A DNA stretch of 64,000 nt. Source: Paramoeba atlantica (lineage: Eukaryota; Protista; Discosea). Shown here one piece after another: positions 34,863 to 46,000 of this stretch (its first letter is position 1; every line of letters starts with the position of its first letter). A program made the position numbers and the translations under genes. The notes beneath the pieces were generated by a model. The model was not told the DNA's origin. It made no database searches and saw nothing but the letters and a program-made list of their open reading frames with translations. The stretch lies in contig CDRNVI010000167.1 in NCBI GenBank assembly GCA_977017575.1, positions 96,963 to 160,962 on the forward strand, given 5' to 3'.

Positions 34863-37360
34863 CGGGTTCCTTCCAGGCCAAAAGACTAATTAGGCCCCTA
34901 TTTTTGACTCCTTTTTTGAAGCCACTGGTGGGTGGAGGGGAGATTTTTTTTGATAAACTTTTTAATAAAGATCTTTTAAACAAGAATATCAAGAAATATT
35001 TGTCCAAATATTGTTTTTTGAAAAAAAAAATTGAGTCACCAAAAAAAAAAAAATCATCATTTTTCAAAAGGACTAATTAGTCCTCAGTCATGTGCCTGCT
35101 CATATGGTCAGCAAAGCAACCTGAACAAAAAATGAGTGTTTGATCACAGGAGCAATAGGTTCGAACTTTCTTTGTACAATTTGTCCCATTGCATCTATTC
35201 TTCTGGTACTCTTGTCTGGCTTCAGTCCAATTACCCTTTCGCCAAACTCCAGCAAAGTTGGGCTTGGTCATCAGATGATGTTCTACACGAGTTGGGAGTG
35301 GTATTCGCAGGTTATAGCCTTCATCCAAGGGATGATTCTGAGAGAGTAGACCTTGGGCAACCTCAAAACGAAATTCTGCAAAGGAGAGCTCTTTGGCTTG
35401 GGGGAAAAAGCGCTGAAATATGAGGAAGGCATTGACTTCCACAACTGCAAGAATGAAAGCAAACTGCCTGTGGACCCATTTTTTGGTCTTCCAGGAACTC
35501 TCCAAGGAGAGAGAACCTTGCCTCAGTTGGTTGTGATCATCCACACAATGCCTGGTTTGATAGTAAAAGTCAAGAGGCTGAGTATATCGCAGGGAGAGTC
35601 TTTGGCCTTCAAGCTTGCGATTTCGTGGGCGACCAGTGGGAAAAGAAGTTCCCCAGGTATTAATCATTATAGAAGAGTGATGAACATCTTGGAAAGCCTC
35701 CACATAGAATTTATGACCTCTCAGAGATCCTTTCTTCACTTTCACATAACCAGGTTCCTTCTCCTTGAGGTGTGCAACAATCTCTTCCCCTGGAATTCCT
35801 TTGGGCCAATATCGTTTTTTCTTCACAACTGAAGTACAATACAATCCCTTTTCTAGAAGTTGAATACAACCTTCCAACACACAAAAACCACTATCCAAAG
35901 CAACTACTCGACCAGTTCCCCAAATTCCCTCAGTCATTCTAAGCATTAAACCAACAGTTTTCGCTCCAGAACCAGATGGAGGTTGAAACTTGGGCAGGCC
36001 CATTTCAGAAGGATGGGACTTTCCTTCCACAATTTCAAGAAAGAATATCACTCTAGTCTCCCCACAACCAATTGTATGATATTCATTTCCAAAAGGATGA
36101 GGTTTCCTCTGAACAAACATCCAACCAGGAGCCCATTTACAAAACCACACCACCATAGACTCATCCAGACAGACCTGCCAACTTGGAACAAAGATGGTCT
36201 TCATCTTTTCATTAAAAGCAGCAATCAGGGGTCGAATTTCCCACATCCGGTCTGTGTAAGAGGGTTTTGCAGAGAGAGGAGCAAGTTTAAGAGAGGAGAC
36301 AATCATATCAAACCGATTTCTACTGATATATTTCCCAAGATAAGGCAGTGTACCACGCAAGGAAGATCCAGCTGAATCCTTTGAAATTCGAAAAAAATCC
36401 CTTCTTTTATGTCCTGGGTAGAAAGACATAATCTGGCACAAGGCAATAAAATCAAGCATTTCAGCTTCAGTGAAGTTCAAAGAACGGTTAAACTCATTTG
36501 TTGCTTTCAGCACATCAGTTTTTAGAAAGGTTAGAGGCAGAACTTGGAGAAAAATATCGAGGGGAGTGGGGACATGAACAGCATCAAAGCGAATTCTTGT
36601 ACAGGCCTTGAGGTCTTGTGCTCCTATCACAGCACGAGCATCAGTTGTTGAGGAAGACCACTCAGAAACAAAGGAAAGATCATTTTCAACGAGTTCTGCT
36701 GCATTGTCTTCCCCTTCCTCCTCAATATCAGAGCAAGATTCAGTATCTTCATCATCAGTATCAGATGAGCTCAAAACAGGCACAGAGGTTGTTGATGCCT
36801 GGGCTGAACCAGAACTTGATCCTCCTGAGCCAGAAGAGGATGATGAAGATGAAGATGGATGAGTTGAAGTCCCACAACCCTCTGAGACATCCACTTCTCC
36901 GACAAACTTTAAATTTTCAGGGAGAGCCAGAAGGTAATCATTCTGGAAGACAGGAGAACGAAGCAAAACTACCATCTGAGATTTCCTGTCATAGTTCTGA
37001 AGTTCCACCCTTTTCACCCTGAGTGAAGAGAGAGATGCTCCTTGATATTGGTCACCAAAATGTTTCCTTAGAAGATGAGAAGGGCGAAGGTTCACAGCTT
37101 TGCAGAACCAAATAGTCCCCTCCTTCAATTCTTCAATTCTTGGGGAAGTTGATCCAGAACTCATTTTTCTCACCACTGTAACTTTTTTCATTCAGACTTT
37201 CTGAGAAAGGCATTGTGATGAAAATCAAGAAAAAACCTCAAAGAAACGCAAAAGAAAGTAAAAAAAAAAAAAAAGTTCAAAAATGAGCTTTATTTTGGCC
37301 AACAAACAGGAGCCTAATTAGGCCCAAAAAGACTAATTAGGCCCCCCTGGAAGGAACCCA
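34863..37360 (-). mobile_element. piggyBac-superfamily DNA transposon, apparently intact (2498 bp), 15-bp TIRs, TSD ATAT
   Basis: CGGGTTCCTTCCAGG (34863-34877) and CCTGGAAGGAACCCA (37346-37360), 14/15 match; ATAT at 34859-34862 and 37361-37364; the empty site restores the LINE-A sequence. Confidence 0.93.
35077..37191 (-). CDS. piggyBac-type DDD transposase, 704 aa, with C-terminal Cys-rich domain
   Basis: Uninterrupted ORF; CLDESMV, RKPHPFG, VALDSGF, HCVDDHNQ motifs (PF13843-like); C-terminus CNGTNC...YCSC...FCSGCFADH. Confidence 0.93.
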   Translation of the reverse strand: MKKVTVVRKMSSGSTSPRIEELKEGTIWFCKAVNLRPSHLLRKHFGDQYQGASLSSLRVKRVELQNYDRKSQMVVLLRSPVFQNDYLLALPENLKFVGEVDVSEGCGTSTHPSSSSSSSSGSGGSSSGSAQASTTSVPVLSSSDTDDEDTESCSDIEEEGEDNAAELVENDLSFVSEWSSSTTDARAVIGAQDLKACTRIRFDAVHVPTPLDIFLQVLPLTFLKTDVLKATNEFNRSLNFTEAEMLDFIALCQIMSFYPGHKRRDFFRISKDSAGSSLRGTLPYLGKYISRNRFDMIVSSLKLAPLSAKPSYTDRMWEIRPLIAAFNEKMKTIFVPSWQVCLDESMVVWFCKWAPGWMFVQRKPHPFGNEYHTIGCGETRVIFFLEIVEGKSHPSEMGLPKFQPPSGSGAKTVGLMLRMTEGIWGTGRVVALDSGFCVLEGCIQLLEKGLYCTSVVKKKRYWPKGIPGEEIVAHLKEKEPGYVKVKKGSLRGHKFYVEAFQDVHHSSIMINTWGTSFPTGRPRNRKLEGQRLSLRYTQPLDFYYQTRHCVDDHNQLRQGSLSLESSWKTKKWVHRQFAFILAVVEVNAFLIFQRFFPQAKELSFAEFRFEVAQGLLSQNHPLDEGYNLRIPLPTRVEHHLMTKPNFAGVWRKGNWTEARQEYQKNRCNGTNCTKKVRTYCSCDQTLIFCSGCFADHMSRHMTED

Positions 37361-40300
37361 ATATATTAAAAGAAAAAAGGGTAAATCAAAAGAAGTGATT
37401 AATATTAGAGTGGGGTGGGAGAAAAGAAAGAATGAGAGTAAAGAGGAAAAAGGAAAAGTATTATAAAAGAAAAGAAGAATCACATAAGAAAAAGAAAGTG
37501 GGGAAAGAAAGTTAGTGAACCTTCCAAATGAAGAAAGGGTGAGCATCAACCATCTGCTTATGGAAAAACCTGAGGAAAGAAATAATGGTGTTCAAGATAG
37601 TGCCTCCTTTTCTTTTTTATTTGAAGATTTAGGTATGAGAGTGGAAAGAGGAAAAGAGAAAGAGGGAGAAGCTATGGAGATTGAAATGAACAAAGAGTCT
37701 GCTAGAATAACCCAAGCAAGGAGAGAAAGCAAGGGAGGGAAGTTAATCATTAAAAAAAAAAAAAAAAAACAAACAAATAAATGATGATTAAACTCAGGAA
37801 GAGAAAAAATAAGAAGAGAAAAGAAAAGAAATTGATGGATATCAGAAGTAGTTTTGGTGTTGGCCCCTAAGAAACTCCTTCCCCAACAATAAACTTGTCT
37901 AATGTAACCCAATTAGAGTGCCTCCCATCAAATCCTCTAAGTGATTTTGAAGTTGATTCATGTGATAGATCCTCAGCTAATGTAATTGAGTATGATGAAT
38001 GTAGGTTTCCCAATGCATATGTTATTTCCTGAAACATGAATGAGGTTCAAAATTTCAACAAATTGAGAACCCTTCAGAAGATAGTTGTGAGTTGTTGGCC
38101 TCTTTTCATTTTGATTCAAGAATCTCACTCTAATTTTGAATGTGACTTTAATTTCATCAAGAACCAATTGAGAAAGTATATTTGGTTAAGAGACAACTCC
38201 TCTAGAAAGAGAAGAAGTCTGCTCATTGGAGTTAAGTAGATGGAGGGGGTGAAAGAGATTTCTTCTTTTTGTTTCTTTGATTAGACCATGAGTAGATTAT
38301 TTGAAGTTCATATGACTATTAAATCAACAAACTATTCTATTTTAAAGGCCACAAGATTATTTAAAAAAATGGTTAAAATATGTTCATTCACAAAGTTTTC
38401 CAACACAACTTTATAGTGGTTTTCAAAGTTTTTGAGGTGTTTGCCAAACATCACACATTCCTTGTATTGTATCCTTTTCTTTTTTCTTCACCATTTTGCT
38501 TTTGGACTTGAAAAAAAACAAAAAAAAAAGCAAAAAAAAACAAAACAAAAAATTTGAATGATTTTTTATCTCTTTTTCAAACTATATTTTAAATCAAAAA
38601 ATTTCTTGTAATTCTATTTTCTAAAAAAGATGAAAAAAGCTAAGTCTAAAAAGTTTGGAAAAATAATGGCCATAATAAAACACACTCAAACTTCTTTTCT
38701 TTGATTTCTTGAGGTTGATGAAAGCTATTTTGAAGAGAGATTTGAAGGAAAAAAGTTGAAAACAATCAAAAGAACCTCTCCACTTCAAGAAACCCTGAAA
38801 AAAAACATTGTTTGTCTTTATAATAATCAACTCAATCATGAATATTGTGTCCACAAACCAACAACTTTGTTCAACAATAAAGATAAGTTAGAAAGGTTAA
38901 ATTGACATTTTCAACAGTTTGTTTATACTTTGTTCTTCAATATTCACTCTTTTTAATTTGTTCTTTTTGTCTCTTATTTATTGCTTCACCAAACTAGCAA
39001 CTCAAAACTCTTGATTCAATTTCTATTTTTTGTTTTGAGTTTTTATTTTTTAACAAGAAAATAAAAAGGAAAAAGAAATTAAAGGAACCTAATTCATGAT
39101 AAACCTTCTTTGCAAAAAAAGAGAAATCCAAACAAAAAAAAATAAATCCTTTTTTTAACTTCTTTTCAAATAATAAGAGAGGGGAGATAATCAATTGGTG
39201 ATACTCTTGTAATATTTGATTTGCTTGTTCACCAATCAATTAGAAAAGTTCTTTTTTTTCTTCTTTCTTTTTTATAGCAATTATAAAGTTTATAAATTGT
39301 CTTTGCAAAAGACTTCAACTGCAGTTCATTTTCCAACTTTTTAATAATCACCATCAAAACTTATTTTCCATAGTTCTCATTTGAACTTAAAAAATCAAAA
39401 AAAGTCATAAAAAGAGCAAGAGTTGCAGAACTCTTTGTATAGAACAGCCCATTAAAGGTAAATCATTTGCAAATTAAAAAGATTGATCTGCCTTTTAACT
39501 AAAATTTTCTTGTTAAATAAAGAGTTACTAAAATTTGTTCTAGGGTTAACCTATGAAAAAAAAAGTGAAAAAAAAAAAGAAAAGAAAGTGAAAATTTTAT
39601 AAGAAAAAAAAAAATCTCAAAAAAGAACAACTGGAGAAAGCAAAAAAGAAAAAAAAAAAAACCTTTCATCTTCTTTGGTCCTTGTACTCTCTCCAAAAAG
39701 TCTAACCTCTGAGTTTTGTTATAACTTTGTTTGTTCTTTTGTTTGGCCATAAAAACTTATTGATAATTCTCTAACAAATTGCTTGTATAAAAATTAGACT
39801 TTGGAGAATTGAAAAATCAACATAAAACACTGACCATCTTCTCTCTGAATAAAAAAAAGTGAGAGACAAACATCATTTGTGATAAATTTGTTAACCACCT
39901 TTTCATCAAAAATAATTTAAAAAAAAAAAGAACTTCTTTTGTTTGATATAAACTAAAGAATGAAACAAAACCTATCAATTGATTGAAAAAGAAAGTTTCA
40001 ACAAAATTGTTTTCTTTCACAAGAGTGAGAGCTTTATCTCACAGCAGTAAGCAACACAATACCAAACAAACAAATGTAAAAAAAAAAAAAGAGAGACTAC
40101 AATAGGGTCTAAAAAAACATGCTGTTTTCTGCAGTGTTTTGAAGGTAGTGAATGAGTTTTTGATTAGGTTCAAGACCACAACTTGGGAATTAGTTTCCTA
40201 CTAAAGAGAAAGAAACACTGAAACAGCATTGTTTAGAGAACTGTGGAAGATCCACTTTCTTGTAAGATCTCTTTGCAATTCTCACATTCTTAAGAAATCT

Positions 40301-42611
40301 ACTATCCAGAGACCATACTCTTCCCTTGAAATGGGTCTGTTGGACCAAGCCTCTTTTAGTTGGAAGGGTCTGAAGAAAGAGAAGTTGTGGAGGAGAGGAA
40401 TAATCCTCAGAATGATTTTTGTAGCATTCAAGAAGATTGAATATATTAAAGAACAGTTGGGGATTTTTATTAACAATCACTCTATGAGGCCTAAAGTGAG
40501 ATTATCCCTAAGGATTAAAGGAATTGTTGTGGATGGGGTTATTTCCAGAGATAATGATATGGTCTAGAAAGCAATTAAAGAATTTTGGGGGAATCTTTTG
40601 AGCTCAGTGAGGCTGTACAACAAGGACTCTCTTTAGAAGCTGATTGAGAACTAGAAACCTTAGTTTCCTAAGATTGATTACCATGTTGTTGATGGGGTCA
40701 AGGTTGATAAACTGCTGCAATGGTATAATAATTCAAGTGCTGGCCTAGATGGTATCCCCTTTACTCTCTACAAAGTGACAAGTGAACAACTGTGTGATAT
40801 ATGGTGTGAACTTATCTAAAAAGCTGGAGAATTAATGGATTTTCTTAAGTCATTTGAGGAGAGTCAACTTATATTGCTACCCAAGATTGAGAATATTCCT
40901 TGTCCTGATCAATTTCAATCAATAAGTATTATTAATTCTGATTATTGGATTGTGATGAGATATTGGGCCAAATGGCTGATGGAAAGTGCCAGAGAGGTGA
41001 TTTTCCCTGAACAAAATGCTATGTTTGCTGGAAGGTCCATTGATAATGCAGTGGAATTGATACATGATGGGTTTATGGAAGCTGTGGCAAAGGGCAAAAA
41101 CATGACCATCCTCCAAACTGACTTTTGTAAGACCTATGACTATATTAATTACAAAGCTTTTATAAAGTTGCTGATTCGATTGAATACTCCACTTCAAGCC
41201 TTTGAAGTTGTATCTAAAGTACTACAAGAGTTAGATATATGGCTTTCAACTGTAGGATTGAATGATAAAACACAAAAGAAAGCCATCAAGAGTTGGACTG
41301 ATGTGTGATAAAGCTGCTTCATTTCACTTCTATTGTTCATTATTCTTTTTAATGTTTTATTAGTTAGTTTAAACAATGGAGGTGACTTTAAGAAGCTTGC
41401 TGGGTTTATGGATGACTTAGCCCTTTTCCTCCATAGAGTTCAATCTATAAATTCCTTAATCTCAATCTTCCAAGAATATGAACAAAGAACTGAAGCTAAA
41501 CTCAACTACAATAAATGTTTTGTATTATCAATTGAAAAAGATCTTTGAGTTAAAATGCCTTTGGCTAATTATTTGAGAGAAAAGACTGTATACTTGGGAA
41601 TTATAATTTCTTGAAGAATGAACCCAACTGAGAATTGAGAAGAGATAATCAAGAAAATACAAAAGGTTGGAACAGCAATTAAGCAAAAGAAAGGCAGCTT
41701 CAATGAGAGAGTTTAGATGATTAATATTTACTTTATTCCTTGTATGGATTATTTGGTAAGATTTAAGTTTATCTCAAAAGCTATCTCCTCAAAGATGTGG
41801 AAAGCCATTCATTCAGCCTTAGATGCATATGCAAATCTAAAGTCCTATGTAATGACTTTTCTTTGTCCCCTGTTCTTTGAAAAACCCCAAGTTAAACACC
41901 CTATTCTGTTCAACTGAGCTTTACTGGTATCAAAAAAGCCTCTCTAAGATTATTATAAGAATCTATTATTTATTGAAGCTATGAGGATTGATGCTTTAGA
42001 AGCTAATAGGGTTATCTTAGAACAAGTGAGGATGGGTTCTAAAACCAAGAGATCTTTCTCTCTCCTATCTTAAAACATTTTTATAGGAGTGAAGAATTTC
42101 TATGTGGGGGATGGGTGCTTGAAATGTGTGATCTATAATTTATCTCTTCCACAAAGACTCCAAATTAAGCAAAATCTTCTGAAGTTCTTCTTGAGGGGCC
42201 TTCCAACTATGGATAAGATTGTCCATTTCATATTTGTGAATTTACTTTGTCAGCTGTATAGGAAAGCCAAAAAGTCAAAGGTGCACCTCCTCAAAAAATG
42301 TTTAAAAGCTAAGGTGATTTTGAAAACTATTAAGAAGAGATGCTTTGTTTTAAAGATTCCTGGGTAGAAGAGTGCTGACTTTGTGTGTGAATTCATGAAT
42401 TAGTATTTAAAGAAGGCTAATGCATTTGTAGTGAGTATAGCTCTATTGAGCTTGTGAATTATTGTATATATAGAAGAATCTAAGTTTCCAAGCTTTATTA
42501 TTAAAATTTTTGATAAAATTGCTAAAACAAATAAAATAATCCTCAAACTTTAGACTATAAGAAAAATTTCTTCCAAAGGTAAAAGAGAAGTGAAATAACT
42601 AAAGTTCAAAT

Positions 42612-42918
42612 AGTTGAGTCTTCTACAGAATAGTATGGAGATAGAGACAAGAACAGAGAACAAGAACAAAGAACAAAGAAAGAACAAGCTTGGTTCAATG
42701 TCTTTTATCAAATGCGTTCCAAAAGCCAAAAAGAACAAAAGAAAGTTTACGCTCTTTTGCCCACAAATGGGTCCAAAGAACAAAACCTCTTTTGTACAAA
42801 AAAGGGCAACAAATAATTTACAATTATTTACAATCGGAAAACACACACAAAACAGTTCAGTGTTTCCGCTCACCAACAAAATGACAAAGTCAACAAAACC
42901 AACTATGACAACCCAACA
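42612..42918 (-). repeat. Gypsy-B 3' LTR (TGTTG...CAACT)
   Basis: Direct repeat of 48236-48542; preceded on the minus strand by a G-rich tract (GCGGGGGG). Confidence 0.95.
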
Positions 42919-43022
42919 CCCCCCGCAAGTGCACTTGCTCGCAATTCACGACACACAATAAAAACAAAACAAAAAAAAAACAAAACAACCAATACAACAA
43001 GCATCACAACAGAAATAGTTCC

Positions 43023-46000
43023 TCATTTCTTCTTTACACACCATGTCGATTTTCTCTGCTTTGCATTGTATTCTTGAATCGCATCATCTGCCAAAAAATC
43101 ACTTGCAGGTTGCCAAGATGTCTCATCATAATATTTCCATTTGACAAGGTACTCCTTCTTGCCATCTTTGCCCTGATCATCCAAAATTTTCTCAAATTCA
43201 TAGATATCAGATAAATTCGTTTCTCCTGGAATCACTTTCAATCATGTAATAGGAACTTCTGCTTCAAGAACTTTCCCATCAATACATTTCAGTGAATAAC
43301 CTTTCGTCTCATTGTTATATTTAGCAATACGAAAAGAGCCTTCCCAGCGTTGCTGTCATTTTGTAGTTTTTTTATCCACTTCTTTCATAACTGAAGTGCC
43401 AATCGTCAGAGGTTTAGGTCGCAAAGATCTTTTTTTCCATCTCATTTCATTCGCATCATCACAGCCTTTCTTACCTGCTTCTTTGGATAATTTTGCAAGC
43501 GCTGGATAAACCGAATAGACCATCTTCCGATTTCTCTCTAACAATTTTTCAGGAGTTGCAACTTCCAATTCCAACCCCTCATAATTTGCTGCTTGGTTCC
43601 TCTCTCTCGCGAACATCACCGCAAAGGGAGTAGACTTATGTCTCGAGATATAGTGATCATTCAATGACATTTGAACGACTGGCAAAAATTTCACCCAATT
43701 TGTTATATCTCCTTCCAGCAATTTTACAACCAAACCCGAAACTTCTCTCATGTATCTCTCAACTGCACCATTTTGAGCAGGGTAATATCTCATCACCTTT
43801 CTTGATTTTGCAGTCAAAGCATTACAAAAAGCCTCCATAACTTTGTTGAAAAACAATGGGTCTTGATCACTTTGAATCTCCTTTGGGACACCAAAATTCA
43901 CAAAAACAGATAACAAAGCTTCCGCAACTGACTCCGCTTCCTTGGAGATTAATTTACACAGTATCACAAAACGACTTGTAATATCTATTACAATAAGGAC
44001 AATTGTATAGCCTTCATTTGACTCAGGCAACCCACAAATAAAATCCATACCAATTATATCCATAGGCAGCACTGAAGTAACTGGGGTAATCGGATGAAAT
44101 CCAATTCTCCCATGATTGTATTTCAGACACACCACACAACCTCGACAGACTGTAATTACCATCCTTCTCATTGATGGCCAGTAGTAGCCTGCACGAAATA
44201 GTTTCCGAACTGTTCCTGAAACACCAGCATGACTTTCCTCATGCTTTTCTTTCACCAAAGGCAGTTTCTCTTCTTCCTCCAGTTCTTTCTTACCAAGTAC
44301 ATTCCCAATAAACTCTTCGAGATATCTCTTAGTTCCTTCAACAGGCTCATCCTCACATTCAAGTGCAGCAACATCGCAAGCATCAATTGCTGGTTCAGTA
44401 GAATCGTTTGTAACTGGGTATTTTTCTTGATACAATCGAGAGAGATAGTCTGGTAAAACATTATGGATCCCTTTTTGATAAACAATGTAGAAGTTGTAAT
44501 CCAACAGAAAATCCAACCAGTCCAAAATCATAAACTTTGTACTTGAATTCAAATACACAAGTGCCTTATGATCCGTCTCCACTCTAAACTTCCGCCCAAA
44601 AACATATGAACGGAACTTCCTAATCGCAAAAATAATTGCCAAAAGTTCCCTCTTCAGTGCAAGATAATTTCATTGCCCTGCTTGATTTTTTTTTTTTTTT
44701 TTTTTTTGAGGCAGACTTTATTCAATTAGTAGTTCTTAATCTAAGCCATTTGAATTACATTAAATTATGTTTGTTTTTAACCTCTAACGAGAGGTGAAGT
44801 TTTAAACTTCAGCTTAGTTCAGTCGGTCTTTATGCTGAACTTTAGAACTTCTGCAAGTTCAGGCTGGAGGATGCACATCAGAAGGGAGAATAATCCAAAG
44901 CTCCTTCCAAGGGAATTTATCCTCAACTTTTTAGCAGACAGGGCTGAGATGTAACCTGTTCCGATTTTCACACTTCTTCAAGAGCTCCTCACTCCAATCA
45001 AATCACTCTACAGCACCAGAAAAATTTTCTATAATATCATTGCCCTGCTTGAAGAGTTTTCGATGCAAATACAATATAACGTTTCTTGTCATTTGCATCG
45101 ACTTGGTACAATACTGCACCAACTGCATATTGTGAAACATCAGTTGCAATACGAAATTCTCGATCCCAATCTGGCTGAGACAACACCAGAGCATTTGAGA
45201 TAACCTCTTTGAAAAAATCAAAAGACTTGTCTTGCTCCTTGCCCCACACCTTACCAAGACGCCTCATCTTTTGCAACTTGTCCAACGGAGCTGCAATAGT
45301 TGTATAATTTGGAACAAAATCCCTCAAAAAATTCAAAAAACCAAGAAGACTTTCAACTTGCTTTCCAGTCTGAGGTTTCACCATCTTCTGAGCCATTTCT
45401 TTCTTGAATGAATTGATCTCTTGAGTAAAACCATCAATCAAATGACCCATGAATTGAATCCTCTTCATGCAGAATTTTGATTTCTTCATCTTAATCCGAA
45501 ATCCTGCTCTCATCAACTTTCAGATGACTCTGTGAGCTTCATTAGAATGATTTTCCAGCTCTTTAGAAAAAACTAGAAAATTATCCAAATAACTTGCAGC
45601 TTCATCTGAAACACTAATAACTCGTTCTCCTTGGACTTGAAAATGTGTAACCGCACCTTTCAGCCCAAATGGCATCCTCACATACACATACTGACTCTTA
45701 TCAGGTGCCAGAAAACCCAACAATGGCTGACTCTTTTCTGACACCACAATATGATGATAAGCCTCTGTGAGATCGATTTCGGTAAAATATTTCGCACCCC
45801 AAACATGTTCAAACAATTCTGCAGGAGATGGCAAAATATTACTTGGATCCTTTGTTAAAGCATTTACTGCTCTCAAATCCAAACAAACTCTGATATCATC
45901 AGGATCCACCTGACCACCAGACTTCTTAGGGACTGCTAAAAGAGGGGAATTCCACAAGTTCTTCTCGTCCTTGTCCCACTTCTTAACAAATCCTTTTTTC

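Larger units (their letters stand above)
34651..38340 (+). mobile_element. Decayed LINE-A fragment (ORF1 end to endonuclease start), interrupted by the piggyBac element
   Basis: Aligns to about 17090-18300 once 34863-37364 is removed. Confidence 0.87.

Noticed and set aside
45570-45590. YLDN as a novel RT active-site motif
   Set aside because: A single GAT>AAT transition from YLDD explains it, in an element that has other transition-derived stops. Revisit only if the family consensus has N.
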